Below, piece after piece: positions 38,484-49,379 of a stretch of DNA of 64,000 bases (within the stretch, counting starts at the first letter, position 1; every line of letters begins with the position of its first letter). Origin of the DNA: Thermodesulfobacteriota bacterium (GTDB lineage Bacteria; Desulfobacterota_D; UBA1144; Nemesobacterales; Nemesobacteraceae). The notes under the pieces are model-generated. The model was not told the origin of the DNA. It ran no database searches and saw only the letters and a list, made by a program, of their open reading frames with translations. The translations under genes were made by a program, and so were the position numbers. The stretch covers positions 1,536,001 through 1,600,000 of the forward strand of contig OZ241855.1 in NCBI GenBank assembly GCA_965202785.1, given 5' to 3'.

Positions 38484-39530
38484 TCAGTCCTCTATGGATT
38501 CGAGTATCCTGTCCGCAATCTCAAAAAAGGACTTTGCGGCCGCACTTTCCGGATCAGACTCCACGATGGGGGTTCCGTTATCCCCACCGATTCTTATCCG
38601 CGGATCGATTGGGATTTCTCCAAGAAACGGAACTTCAAACCTCTCCGCCATACGTCTCCCTCCACCCCTGCCGAATATGTCTATCTTGCCGTCTACATCG
38701 GGCATATCCAGATAGCTCATATTCTCCACTATGCCGAGAATAGGGATATTCAGTTTGTTAAACATCAGAATCCCTCTTCTTACGTCCACCAGTGCTACGT
38801 CCTGGGGAGTGGTTACTATAACTCCTCCGCTTATCGGGGCCGTCTGCGCCAGAGAAAGCTGGGCGTCCCCGGTACCTGGAGGAAGGTCAATTACCAGGTA
38901 ATCCGTTCCGCTCCACTCAACGTCCTCGATAAACTGCTTTATCGCTCCATGCACCATGGGACCTCTCCATATCACAGCGTCTTCCTCGTTCACGAGGAAA
39001 CCGATGGACATTACCTTGAGGCCGAATTTTTCTATGGGAACGATCTTGTCATCGGTGGTTGCGCGGGGTTTTTCGCTTATCCCCATCATCAAAGGAGCGC
39101 TCGGTCCCCAGATATCGGCATCCATAAGCCCGACTTTCTGTCTTTTCTTTGAGATTGCCAGGGAGAGGTTGGTCGCTATTGTTGACTTGCCGACTCCTCC
39201 TTTGCCGCTCGCGACGGCTATGTAGTACTTTATGTCGGGAAGCTTGCTTTTTTCACTGCCCGCGTCGGCAGTTATCTGCTTCTGCGGTCGCGAGCCGATC
39301 TTCATCGAGAGGTCCTCGACTCCGGGTATGCCGAAGATGGCTTTCCTGACTTCTTCCTCGATTGCGGACTGAAGCTTCTGGTCGGGCTTGGGAAGTACTA
39401 TGGAGAGCGTTACCTTCGAATCCTCCACGACAATGTCCTTTACGAGTCCGAAGGACACTATATCCCGGTTAAATCCCGGATACTTAACACCCTTAAGAAT
39501 TTTTATTATCCGTTCTCTGTTTAGTTCCAC
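38484..39530 (-). CDS. mrp: Mrp/ApbC/NBP35 P-loop ATPase with N-terminal DUF59-like domain
   Basis: SGKGGVGKST, DADIWGPS, WRGPM, DLPPGTGD and ENMS motifs. Confidence 0.93.
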   Translation of the reverse strand: MELNRERIIKILKGVKYPGFNRDIVSFGLVKDIVVEDSKVTLSIVLPKPDQKLQSAIEEEVRKAIFGIPGVEDLSMKIGSRPQKQITADAGSEKSKLPDIKYYIAVASGKGGVGKSTIATNLSLAISKKRQKVGLMDADIWGPSAPLMMGISEKPRATTDDKIVPIEKFGLKVMSIGFLVNEEDAVIWRGPMVHGAIKQFIEDVEWSGTDYLVIDLPPGTGDAQLSLAQTAPISGGVIVTTPQDVALVDVRRGILMFNKLNIPILGIVENMSYLDMPDVDGKIDIFGRGGGRRMAERFEVPFLGEIPIDPRIRIGGDNGTPIVESDPESAAAKSFFEIADRILESIED

Positions 39531-39544
39531 GCGGAAAGTTCCCC

Positions 39545-39949
39545 CTAAGCGATACCCAGTTTCTTTTTTCCTTCCTCGGATATCATGTCGGGGTTCCAGG
39601 GAGGGTCCCAGATTACCTCTATAAGAACGTTATCTGCTCCCGCGTTTTTAAGGGCCATTTCAGCCTGGCCCGCTATCTGTGCTCCCATGGAGCACCCCGG
39701 GGTGGTAAGGGTCATCTTGATTTGAACGTTCCGCCCGGAAATTTTGGTGTCGTAAATAAGTCCGAGATCCACTATGCTCACGGGAAGTTCGGGGTCGTAC
39801 ACATCCTTAAGAGCGCCGTAGACCGTCTCTTCCGTTATTTCGCGGCTGTCTTCGGGTTTTTCCTTCTTTTCAAACTTGGTAAAAGACACAGAGCTTTTAT
39901 CCTTGGAAGAACCGCCCCTGTCTATCTGGATTATCTTTTTCATCCCCAT
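39545..39949 (-). CDS. SufT/DUF59 Fe-S assembly protein
   Basis: YDPELPVSIVDLGLIY, TLTTPGC and WDPPWNPDMIS motifs. Confidence 0.9.
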   Translation of the reverse strand: MGMKKIIQIDRGGSSKDKSSVSFTKFEKKEKPEDSREITEETVYGALKDVYDPELPVSIVDLGLIYDTKISGRNVQIKMTLTTPGCSMGAQIAGQAEMALKNAGADNVLIEVIWDPPWNPDMISEEGKKKLGIA

Positions 39950-40165
39950 AGTTTGCCTCCTGATTTTCTCTTTATTGATAACTATGAAAAACTTGTTGAG
40001 TTGGCTTTTCTCTATGCCGCCTAGATTGCTTCTTATACTTTGCCGAACTCTTCAAAAGAAATAAATACCCCGGGGTATTAGCCGAGTTAAAATCTTTTAA
40101 GCATGCATTAAGCCTTACGCTTTCTTGACACTATAATAACTATTCAATAGCATTTTCCGCAAGTT

Positions 40166-41224
40166 ATGAGGCAATCCCGGCAGATATCAATCGGCGACGT
40201 GAAAATAGGCGGGGGAGCTCCCGTGTCGGTCCAGTCAATGACTATCACCGATACAAGAGACGTCGCGTCAACGGTTTCCCAGATAAAAAGACTTGAGGAG
40301 GCAGGCTGTGACATCGTCAGGGTCGCCGTTCCCGACATGGATGCCGCAAAGGCTCTGGGAGCGATAAGAAAAGAGATAAGAATTCCCCTTGTCTCGGACA
40401 TACACTTTGATTACAGACTGGCCCTTGAATCAATAAGACAGGGAGTCGACGGGATGAGAATAAATCCCGGGAACATCGGCGCCAGGTACAGAATAAAGGC
40501 CGTGGTTGACGCCTGCAGGGAAAGAAGAATTCCCATAAGAATAGGCGTGAATTCAGGCTCTCTTGAAAAAGACATACTAAAAAAGCACAAACATCCGACG
40601 GCTGAGGCCCTGGTTGAAAGCGCAATGAGACATGTGCAGATACTTGAGGACCTTGATTTTCTCGACATGAAGATTTCGGTTAAGTCCACCGACGTGAAGA
40701 AAATGATCACCGCATACAGAATGCTTGCGGACGAGACCGAATACCCGCTCCATCTCGGAGTTACCGAGGCGGGGACTCCGGGAATGGGAACGGTGAAATC
40801 CGCCATAGGAATCGGAGCGCTTCTCGCTGAAGGGATAGGTGACACGATAAGGGTGTCTTTAACAGGTGATCCGGTGGAGGAGATAGTTGTCGGAATGAAC
40901 ATACTGAGGTCCCTTGGAATGAGGAACAACGGAATTGAGCTTATCTCATGTCCGGGGTGCGGGCGACTTGAAATAGATCTTGAGAAGCTGGTTTCGGAAG
41001 TTGAGCAGGGTGTTTCCGGTTTTAACCTTCCAAGACCGGTTAAAGTCGCCATACTGGGTTGCGTTGTTAACGGACCGGGTGAAGCCGCGGAAGCCGATAT
41101 TGGAATAGCGGGGGGAAGGGGAAAAGGAATGCTCTATCGGGACGGAAAACTGATAAAATCTTTCAGAGAAGCCGATTTGGTCGGGGAACTTGTCAAGGAA
41201 ATAGAGAGAAACTACGTCAACTGA
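40166..41224 (+). CDS. ispG: HMBPP synthase
   Basis: VQSMT, DIHFD, RINPGN, HLGVTEAG, SCPGCGR and GCVVNGPGE motifs. Confidence 0.97.
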   Translation: MRQSRQISIGDVKIGGGAPVSVQSMTITDTRDVASTVSQIKRLEEAGCDIVRVAVPDMDAAKALGAIRKEIRIPLVSDIHFDYRLALESIRQGVDGMRINPGNIGARYRIKAVVDACRERRIPIRIGVNSGSLEKDILKKHKHPTAEALVESAMRHVQILEDLDFLDMKISVKSTDVKKMITAYRMLADETEYPLHLGVTEAGTPGMGTVKSAIGIGALLAEGIGDTIRVSLTGDPVEEIVVGMNILRSLGMRNNGIELISCPGCGRLEIDLEKLVSEVEQGVSGFNLPRPVKVAILGCVVNGPGEAAEADIGIAGGRGKGMLYRDGKLIKSFREADLVGELVKEIERNYVN

Positions 41225-41286
41225 ACTGAAACCCCCGCGAAATTGCTTCCCAGCTGAATTCAAATCACTTTAAAGGAGAAAAACGG

Positions 41287-43020
41287 ATGAGGTTTTCTTC
41301 CTATTTCATACCCACGGTCAAAGAAGATCCTTCGGATGCCGAGATCGTAAGTCACAAGCTTATGGTAAGAGCAGGCATGATAAGAAAGCTTGCGGCCGGG
41401 ATCTACAACTACCTTCCTCTGGGACTCAGGTCCATAAGAAAAGTCGAGAACATAGTGCGGGAAGAAATGAACAGGGCGGGAGCCATAGAACTTCTTATGC
41501 CCGCGGTGCTTCCGGCTGAACCCTGGATCGAAAGCGCCAGATGGGACTACTACGGAAAGGAACTGCTTCGCTTCAAGGACCGCGCCGAGCGGGATTTCTG
41601 TCTGGGACCCACGCACGAGGAAATAATAACGGACATAGTCAGGAAGGAGATTCGTTCCTACAAACAGCTTCCCGTTAATTTTTACCAGATACAGACAAAG
41701 TTCAGAGATGAAATCCGTCCCCGCTTCGGGGTTATGAGGGCACGTGAGTTCATAATGAAAGATGCCTATAGCTTCGACGCTTCGGATGAGGGAGCGGATC
41801 GTTCCTACCAGGCGATGTACGACGCTTATGTACGTATATTTGAAAGGTGCGGGCTCGCGTTCAGCGTGGTTGCAGCCGATTCAGGAAACATCGGCGGAAG
41901 TTTCTCACATGAGTTCATGGTAACTGCCGACACCGGGGAAGACGTAATAATGAGTTCCACGGAGGCAGATTACGCCGCCAACCTCGAACTCGCAAAAATC
42001 GGCATTTCAGAAGACGAAAGGGAAGGATTAAGAACAACCTCGGGACTTGAGAATATCTCCGAGGTCCATACCCCGGACCTTAAGACGGTTGAGGATGTGG
42101 CGCAGCTTTTAAAAGTCGGGCCGGAGGAACTGATAAAGACTCTTATAGTACATACCGAAACGCAGCCGGTCGTTGCGCTTGTAAGAGGAGATACGGAACT
42201 CAGTCTAACCAAGCTCAGGAACTTTCTCGGATGTGATGTCGCAGAACTTGCCGATCCGCAGACAATTCTTGAGGTTTCAGGAGGCCCGCTTGGATTCAGC
42301 GGACCCGTGGGACTTAAGAGAAAGAACGTGAGGGTGATTGCGGACAAATCCGTTCGCAATATGAAAAACGCCGTAACGGGGGCCAACAAAGGCGACTATC
42401 ACGTAACCGGCGTTAACCCCGGGCGGGACTTTGAAGCCGATTCCTATGCGGACATAAGGGTGGCAAGGGAAGGGGACCCGTGCCCGGTTTCTGAAAACGG
42501 AGTTCTGAAGGCGTCAAGAGGCATCGAAGTTGGACATGTTTTCAAGCTCGGGACCAAGTACAGCGAAGCCATGGGAGCCACTTACGTAGATGAGAACGGA
42601 GTGGAAAAACCGCTTGTTATGGGTTGTTACGGAATCGGGATAGGAAGAACGGTAGCAGCAGCGATAGAACAGAATAACGATGAGTACGGAATAAAATTCC
42701 CTGTCCCCATAGCTCCGTTTGAAGTTTCCGTGCTTCCGATAAACATGAAGCAGCAGGATGTGAAGGATGCAGCGGAGAAAATATACTCAGCGCTTCTCCA
42801 CGATGGAGTGGATGTTCTTATTGATGACAGAGCGGAGACCGCTGGCGTGAAATTCAAAGACTCGGATCTGCTCGGAATCCCGATTCAGGTCACTGTCGGG
42901 CAAAGAAGCCTGAAAGAGGGCAAGGTGGAAATAAAGAATAGAAACTCCGGTGAGAGAATAAGCATTGTCGTAGAAGAAGTCTCGGGAGAAATTGCTGCCC
43001 TTTTGGCCAAAGAGAGATAA
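41287..43020 (+). CDS. proS: Proline--tRNA ligase
   Basis: LGPTHEE, FRDEIRPRFGVMRAREF, insertion editing domain and MGCYGIGI. Confidence 0.97.
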   Translation: MRFSSYFIPTVKEDPSDAEIVSHKLMVRAGMIRKLAAGIYNYLPLGLRSIRKVENIVREEMNRAGAIELLMPAVLPAEPWIESARWDYYGKELLRFKDRAERDFCLGPTHEEIITDIVRKEIRSYKQLPVNFYQIQTKFRDEIRPRFGVMRAREFIMKDAYSFDASDEGADRSYQAMYDAYVRIFERCGLAFSVVAADSGNIGGSFSHEFMVTADTGEDVIMSSTEADYAANLELAKIGISEDEREGLRTTSGLENISEVHTPDLKTVEDVAQLLKVGPEELIKTLIVHTETQPVVALVRGDTELSLTKLRNFLGCDVAELADPQTILEVSGGPLGFSGPVGLKRKNVRVIADKSVRNMKNAVTGANKGDYHVTGVNPGRDFEADSYADIRVAREGDPCPVSENGVLKASRGIEVGHVFKLGTKYSEAMGATYVDENGVEKPLVMGCYGIGIGRTVAAAIEQNNDEYGIKFPVPIAPFEVSVLPINMKQQDVKDAAEKIYSALLHDGVDVLIDDRAETAGVKFKDSDLLGIPIQVTVGQRSLKEGKVEIKNRNSGERISIVVEEVSGEIAALLAKER

Positions 43021-43171
43021 GAAGAAGGGCCTCGGGGCGGAAATTTTGGGGTTTATATATTTCACCGTCCAAAAGTGTGATAAGATGTGAGCATGGGCTT
43101 AATGTGTTTTCCCTACGGAGCAAGTTCGAGATAATACTGCAGCGTCCGGACAGTATAGAGAAGCGCTTAAA

Positions 43172-43522
43172 ATGAGAGAGACAGCATTTAAAATCCAGAT
43201 CGATCACCTCAAAGGAGTCCTGATAATAAGCATATCCGGCGAGATCAAAGGCCTGAGCGGACGGGAATTTCACAGCACCATATTCCAGGAAATCCAGGGG
43301 CAGGACATTCCTATAGTTCTGGACCTCGAAGGGCTGACCTACATCAACAGCATGGGACTGCGCTCGATCCTGCTTGTCGCCAAAAGGCAGCAGGACAACA
43401 AAGCGAAATTCGCGGTGTGCTCCCTGTCCAAACCTATGAGAGAAATATTCGAGATCACGTGTTTTAACCGGATCATGCCGGTGCTTGAATCCCGCTCCGA
43501 AGCCATAGCAACCGTAACTTAA
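43172..43522 (+). CDS. STAS-domain anti-sigma factor antagonist
   Basis: VLDLEGLTYINSMGLR..REIFEIT pattern. Confidence 0.88.
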   Translation: MRETAFKIQIDHLKGVLIISISGEIKGLSGREFHSTIFQEIQGQDIPIVLDLEGLTYINSMGLRSILLVAKRQQDNKAKFAVCSLSKPMREIFEITCFNRIMPVLESRSEAIATVT

Positions 43523-43712
43523 AAGTCCGTCCATACAGGTAACGGATATCCGTAAACCCATACAGCGCAAATTCCTCCCTGAAAATCTTTATTGACAACG
43601 GCCAGTTCTGAACATAATAATATAGTACCAACTATCTGTTACTACACTTAAATCATCTGAAAAACAGGGGGGCTTAAACCATGAAACTTGCAGATATCTC
43701 CATGAGCAGAAT

Positions 43713-43723
43713 GGGGGGGGGGG
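43713..43723 (+). repeat. G11 homopolymer in the translation-start region of the Cache-like gene
   Basis: at-ggggggggggg-t-atg. Confidence 0.9.
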
Positions 43724-43724
43724 T

Positions 43725-44951
43725 ATGAGGGTTTGGCGGCTCCTCCTTATATGCATAGGGATTACGGTCATTATACTGATTGCGAATGAGGTAAAGGCGC
43801 ATGAACTCGATAATCATCCGGCTGACAGCATAGTCGCATCCCAAGTAGACCAGAACAACGAGGAGCAGGTAAGAGCGCTACTGGAGCATCTTTCCGCCCA
43901 CTGGACGGGCATGGTCGTGGACGAAGGATATACCGTTGACTCCTTGCTTGCCTTCAGAACCATCCTCAGAATGAAAGCAGGACCATGGGCAAGCGATGAC
44001 TTGTACGTAATTCGGTTGAACTCAACTGAAAGCGACATAACCATTCACCCTTACCACCCGGCCGGGCAGAGCGGAAGACTTGACGACCCCGCAGGTATTG
44101 GACAAAGCCTTGCAGACAAAGCCACGGCCAACCCGGGAGAGATCCAATGTTCTCCCTACGCTCTCGATGGAGAGCAAAGAGTCGCCTGCGCGATCAGCAA
44201 CCCATTTTCCGGGAGAGGCATGCCCACCATAGGAACATTTATGGCAGGTTTTCACCATACCTTTGAGGATATAAACTTCGATCATATAGTGTGTCCAGAG
44301 GCTAACCCCAAGGTTACAGCGGCCGACGTGGTGGATGACGAGACCCTTGAGGACTTCGTAAGGGAAGCGACCTCTTACTTCCTGCCCATACTGCTAAGTG
44401 GAGATGCGCTTGTAAACCGTATATGCCTTAGAAGGTTCCCCTGGATAGATGGCCCCATATACCTGTTCAGGTCAGCTGTCGATTCGGGACAGGTTATCTT
44501 CCACGGAATATCCCCAGAGCTTGAAAACAACAGCTTCGCAGACCTCCGGGACCAGGCAGGCACCCTGATAGCAAGCCTCTTGAGGGAAGAGGCAAGATCC
44601 CAATCACCTTTGGAAGGCGGATTTGTGGAGTACTACTGGGACGACCCTACAACCCCTGATGACGACCTTGACGTCACCGACCCCGAGGTTTGTCCTACAG
44701 GCCCAAAGACATGCGCAACGGGAACGAGTTTGAAAAGGACATTCATTATTTCCATTCCCAAAGAGCTGTCTGGCCTCGGGGATGATATGTTCATGGCAGC
44801 CGGAAGGTATATCGAGGAAGAGTCAGAGGGCGGATGCAGCCTTACACGCGATGGGAAGAAGCCCAGCCCCCTCAGCTACCTCATAGCCCTGCTTTTCATA
44901 GGTGGGATCCTAGCTGTCAGTGTAACTGTAAAAGGAGAAACCAATGAATGA
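43725..44951 (+). CDS. Exported protein with two Cache-like repeats and a C-terminal GGC plus TM anchor
   Basis: Signal peptide ending VKA|HE. Repeats PWASDDLYVI..IHP and PWIDGPIYLF..FHG..DLRD..GGFVEYYWDDP. Tail EGGCSL..YLIALLFIGGILAV. Confidence 0.7.
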   Translation: MRVWRLLLICIGITVIILIANEVKAHELDNHPADSIVASQVDQNNEEQVRALLEHLSAHWTGMVVDEGYTVDSLLAFRTILRMKAGPWASDDLYVIRLNSTESDITIHPYHPAGQSGRLDDPAGIGQSLADKATANPGEIQCSPYALDGEQRVACAISNPFSGRGMPTIGTFMAGFHHTFEDINFDHIVCPEANPKVTAADVVDDETLEDFVREATSYFLPILLSGDALVNRICLRRFPWIDGPIYLFRSAVDSGQVIFHGISPELENNSFADLRDQAGTLIASLLREEARSQSPLEGGFVEYYWDDPTTPDDDLDVTDPEVCPTGPKTCATGTSLKRTFIISIPKELSGLGDDMFMAAGRYIEEESEGGCSLTRDGKKPSPLSYLIALLFIGGILAVSVTVKGETNE

Positions 44952-45117
44952 ACCAACAAACAGTCAAATACTTCAAGAGTTGAGAGAGGTTAAACAAGTA
45001 GTCTCAAACCCAGACGTCAAAGTCTCAAATTTCATCAAGTTTTATTTGATGACTTGGGTCAATGTTCAAGACTCCACTCATCGGCTTGGTAATTTTAGCC
45101 TTGACCTTCCCGGTTGA
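44944..45117 (+). other. Small ORF (57 aa, MNEPTNSQILQELREVKQ...), possibly a frameshifted coiled-coil plus TM gene continuing in ORF 45062..45262
   Basis: SD aggag and overlap with the upstream stop; the hydrophobic segment lies in another frame. Confidence 0.35.
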
Positions 45118-45269
45118 CTTTTCTTTGATTCCTACAACGGGAGGCATACTCAACATCGGCAACGAGGGTCAGTCCCGTCTCGATCAGGATGAAGATCAGG
45201 TGCTGTATCTGGATTCCATGCTGGGACGAACACTGTTTCTTACTACCAAGTTTGACCTTTAATACTTAG

Positions 45270-47855
45270 CTATTTCCTTTCGAAAATGAAGTTCCCTTCT
45301 TTGCCCAGATCCACTTTCACCGTGGTTGAATCCTTGAAATTTCCTTTCAATATCTGGTTTGCGAGCGGATCCTGTATGTATTTCTGTACGGCACGTTTAA
45401 GCGGTCTTGCCCCGAAAACGGGATCGTAACCAATATCAACCAGCCTTGTAACGGCTTTCTCGGAGAGTTCCATGGCGAGATTTTTCTCCGCAAGCCTCTC
45501 TCTTAGATATCCTATCTGGATCTCGGCTATCTTAATGAGGTCTGTTTTTTTCAGACCGCTGAATATGACAACTTCGTCAATTCTGTTTAGAAATTCGGGA
45601 CGAAAATAATTCCTGAGCATCTCGCTTACTTTATTTTCCATTTCCTCGCTGCTCCCTGACGATTCCTGTATGTTCTGGCTTCCCAGGTTCGAGGTCATTA
45701 TTATTACGGTGTTGCGGAAGTCCACGGTTCTCCCCCGTCCATCGGTCAGTCTTCCGTCGTCAAGAATCTGAAGCAGGAGGTTAAATACATCGGAGTGCGC
45801 TTTTTCTATCTCGTCAAAAAGCACCACGGAGTAGGGTCGTCTCCTCACGGTTTCCGAGAGCTGTCCCCCTTCCTCGTATCCGACATACCCGGGAGGAGCT
45901 CCGATCAGTCTTGATACTGAGTGCTTCTCCATATACTCGCTCATGTCAATTCGTACAATCGCATCTTCATCGTCAAACATGAATTCGGCAAGCGATCTGG
46001 CAAGTTCAGTTTTCCCGACCCCTGTAGGCCCGAGGAATATAAACGAGCTTATCGGCCTTTTCGGATCGGAGAGGCCGGCCCTTGACCTGCGAAGCGCGTT
46101 TGAGACCAGACTTATGGGCTCCGGCTGTCCCACCACCCGCTTCGAGAGTCTTTCTTCCATATGAACGAGCTTCTCGACCTCCTCCTCAACCAGGCTTGAT
46201 ACCGGTATTCCCGTCCATTTCGATACAACCGCGGCTATATCCTCGGCACTTACTTCCTCGCGAAGCATCTTCCTTTGACTCTGTATTTCGGAAAGCTCCG
46301 CGCCTAGGCTCTCCATATTTTTCTCAAGCTCCGGGATTCTGCCGTAAAGAAATTCCGATGCGCGGGAGAGGTCTCCTTCTCTCTGTGCTCTCTCCGCATC
46401 CATTCTTCCGGTTTCTATTTCTTCCTTGGTCTTTCTTATCCTCGATATGCAGTCTTTTTCCTTCTGCCAGTGCGTCTCAAGTGTCTCTGCTTCCTCTTTT
46501 AGTTCTGAGAGGTTTTTTTCAATCCTTTTAAGCTTTCCAAGAAGTTCAGGCTCCTGCTCTTTTCTGAATCCCTCCCTTTCTATCTCAAGGCGCATTATCT
46601 TTCTTTTTATTTCATCTATCTCCGTCGGCACGGAGTCAATCTCCATCTTGAGCCGCGCCGAAGCCTCATCCATGAGATCAACGGCCTTATCCGGCAGAAA
46701 CCGCCCGGAGATATACCTGTTTGAAAGCTGGGAGGCGGCAACAAGGGCTTCATCCTTGATTTTTACGCCGTGATGAACTTCATATTTTTCCTTAAGGCCC
46801 CTTAGTATTGACACGGTTTCCTCCACGGAAGGTTCATCAACATAGACCTGCTGGAACCTGCGCTCAAGGGCTGCGTCCTTTTCTATGTGATTTCTGTATT
46901 CATCAAGAGTGGTCGCACCTATGCAGTGAAGTTCTCCACGTGCCAAGGCCGGCTTTAGCATGTTTGACGCGTCCATAGCTCCATCGGCCGCTCCGGCTCC
47001 AACTACGGTGTGTATCTCGTCTATGAAAAGAATTATCTCTCCTCGGGATTCCGTGACTTCGTTTAATACGGCCTTGAGTCTCTCCTCGAACTGTCCCCTG
47101 TACTTTGCTCCTGCAAGCAGGGACCCCAGATCAAGGGAAACCAGCTTTTTGTCTTTAAGTCCCTCGGGAACGTCAGAGTCAACCATGCGCTGGGCGAGCC
47201 CTTCGACTATGGCCGTTTTCCCCACTCCGGGTTCCCCTATAAGTACCGGGTTGTTCTTCGTTCTTCGAAGAAGTACCCGGATCACGTTTCTTATCTCGTC
47301 GTCTCTTCCTATGACAGGATCTATCTTCCCGCTTCGGGCAAGTTCGGTGAAATCCTTTCCGTACTGGCGAAGCGGCTCCATGGTGTCTTCAGGATTCTGC
47401 GTGTTCACTGTCTGGTTACCTCTCAGTTCTTTCAGTACTTTTAAGATTCCTTCCTTAGTCACCCCTGATTCTGAAAATCCGTTTCTCAGCGCCCCGGAGG
47501 CGTGAGAAACAACTCCAATCAACAGATGTTCCGTGCTTACGTATGCATCTCCAAGATGCTGGGCTTCCTTCTCGGCTGACCGGATGGCAGAGCCAAGCTC
47601 TCTGCTCATGTATATCTGGTCGGAGGACTCTCTTGCCTTGGGAAGCCTGGATATTTGCTCTTCTGCCGTCCGCACAAGCACTTTGGGATCCGACCCCAGG
47701 CGTTCCAGGATTTTGGTCGGCATCCCGGGCTGACTCCCAAGGGCCGCGAACAGATGGGGCAGGTCAATTACCTGATTTCCGCTCTCGCTAGCCGCGTTTT
47801 GAGCCTCCAAGATAGCTTCTTGCGCTTTCAAAGTGAATTTTTCGGGCGAAATCAT
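45270..47855 (-). CDS. clpB: ATP-dependent chaperone ClpB
   Basis: Two AAA modules ([16 protein letters not shown]) and middle coiled coil. ATG 47855 preferred over GTG 47864. Confidence 0.97.
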   Translation of the reverse strand: MISPEKFTLKAQEAILEAQNAASESGNQVIDLPHLFAALGSQPGMPTKILERLGSDPKVLVRTAEEQISRLPKARESSDQIYMSRELGSAIRSAEKEAQHLGDAYVSTEHLLIGVVSHASGALRNGFSESGVTKEGILKVLKELRGNQTVNTQNPEDTMEPLRQYGKDFTELARSGKIDPVIGRDDEIRNVIRVLLRRTKNNPVLIGEPGVGKTAIVEGLAQRMVDSDVPEGLKDKKLVSLDLGSLLAGAKYRGQFEERLKAVLNEVTESRGEIILFIDEIHTVVGAGAADGAMDASNMLKPALARGELHCIGATTLDEYRNHIEKDAALERRFQQVYVDEPSVEETVSILRGLKEKYEVHHGVKIKDEALVAASQLSNRYISGRFLPDKAVDLMDEASARLKMEIDSVPTEIDEIKRKIMRLEIEREGFRKEQEPELLGKLKRIEKNLSELKEEAETLETHWQKEKDCISRIRKTKEEIETGRMDAERAQREGDLSRASEFLYGRIPELEKNMESLGAELSEIQSQRKMLREEVSAEDIAAVVSKWTGIPVSSLVEEEVEKLVHMEERLSKRVVGQPEPISLVSNALRRSRAGLSDPKRPISSFIFLGPTGVGKTELARSLAEFMFDDEDAIVRIDMSEYMEKHSVSRLIGAPPGYVGYEEGGQLSETVRRRPYSVVLFDEIEKAHSDVFNLLLQILDDGRLTDGRGRTVDFRNTVIIMTSNLGSQNIQESSGSSEEMENKVSEMLRNYFRPEFLNRIDEVVIFSGLKKTDLIKIAEIQIGYLRERLAEKNLAMELSEKAVTRLVDIGYDPVFGARPLKRAVQKYIQDPLANQILKGNFKDSTTVKVDLGKEGNFIFERK

Positions 47856-48037
47856 CTCAGACACAAAATAATTCTTCTCTGCGCGGAATCAAGGAATCGC
47901 CTGAAATTGAAAACCGGGGGAGGTATATAAAAAGATTGCGCAATAGACCCCGAATGCGGTTAAAACACCGTACGCACAACTTGGCTGCACAGAAAAAAAC
48001 GGGAGATTTAAAGAGCGCTGATTAAAACGTGTCTGCG

Positions 48038-49192
48038 TTATTTCCCGAGGATGCTCACAACACAGGTAATTCCGTCCATGGCGGGCTGGGCGCCTCCCAT
48101 GGTTTCGATGATGCCGACTTTCGCGTCTTTTACCTGACGTTCCGGCTCAACTTCCTCTCGCAGCTGTTTCACGATCTCGGCAGTCTGAAGAAGTCCGGTA
48201 GCTCCGACCGGATGTCCCCGTGAAAGCAGGCCCCCGCTAGGATTAACTGCGACTCTATCGCCTCCAACCCACGTGCTTTTTTCGTCTATGAGGGTCGCTC
48301 CCTCTCCCTTCTCGCAGAAGCCGAGAGATTCAACAACCATCATCTCCGCTATTGAGAAAGCATCGTGAATTTCAGCCACGTCCATGTCCTCGGGTCCCAG
48401 TCCCGCCATTTCGTAAGCCATCTGGGAAGTTCTCCAGACGTTCTCGGAAGGATCACAGGTAAGACCCGTGGGGCTGCTGTATTTGCCCGACTGCGCGACG
48501 CAGCCCAGGATTTTTATCGGCATCTTTTTAGCGAGCTCTCCGACATGTTCCTCGGAACACAGCACCGCGGCAGCGGCGGCGTCTCCGACGGGACAGCACA
48601 TGTTCCGCGTAAGCGGGTCGGCGATAACCGGCGCGTTGAGTACTTCCTCCACGGTCGTAGGCTTTCTGTACTGGGCAAGGGGGTTAAGCGAAGCATGATG
48701 GCGACTCTTTACGACGACTTCCGCCAGCTGCTCCAACGTGACTCCGTATTCTTCCATATATTTTGAAGCTCTTATGGCGTAGAGTCCGGGCATTCCCATG
48801 CCGATTGACACCTCAAGGTCATCTTCCTCAAGGGGCAGGGGGCCACCGGAGAGAATTCTGCTCAGATTCTCAACGCCGAGAGCGAGCGCTATGTCGTACT
48901 GACCGTAGGCTATGGTTCTCCAGGCTTCCCAAAGGGAAAGCGTTCCGCTCCCGCAGGCTCCCTCCACGTTTATGGTGGGCTGTCCGACGAGTCCTATATC
49001 CTTAAGCGCTCTCTGCCCGACTCCCATGCCCTGGTAGACATGGCCGCAAAAGGCGATTTCTATCTTTCGCGCGTGAATTCCCGAGTCCTGTATCGCGGCC
49101 CATGCGGCTTCTCTTGCGAGAATGTGAGCCGGTTTGTCGGGAAATCTTCCGCAGGCGGTGTTTCCCACTCCTATGATGTATACGTCTCTCAT
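48038..49192 (-). CDS. Thiolase family protein (SCP-x/lipid-transfer type)
   Basis: EGACGSG, EIHDAF and NPSGGLLSRGHPVGATG motifs. Confidence 0.9.
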   Translation of the reverse strand: MRDVYIIGVGNTACGRFPDKPAHILAREAAWAAIQDSGIHARKIEIAFCGHVYQGMGVGQRALKDIGLVGQPTINVEGACGSGTLSLWEAWRTIAYGQYDIALALGVENLSRILSGGPLPLEEDDLEVSIGMGMPGLYAIRASKYMEEYGVTLEQLAEVVVKSRHHASLNPLAQYRKPTTVEEVLNAPVIADPLTRNMCCPVGDAAAAAVLCSEEHVGELAKKMPIKILGCVAQSGKYSSPTGLTCDPSENVWRTSQMAYEMAGLGPEDMDVAEIHDAFSIAEMMVVESLGFCEKGEGATLIDEKSTWVGGDRVAVNPSGGLLSRGHPVGATGLLQTAEIVKQLREEVEPERQVKDAKVGIIETMGGAQPAMDGITCVVSILGK

Positions 49193-49379
49193 TAATAACT
49201 CCTCCTGCTTGCGCTATAAATTCGGCGATAAATGTATACCAAATTATCCATATTGTAAAATTTGAGGATTTTTGATTTTTGATGATGAAATTTCCATGAT
49301 TTAGTGGTATGATGTTCGGAGATGTTAAACAGTTTTAGCTTTATTTTGAAGAAAAATACCCAGATAGGAGGTTATTAAT

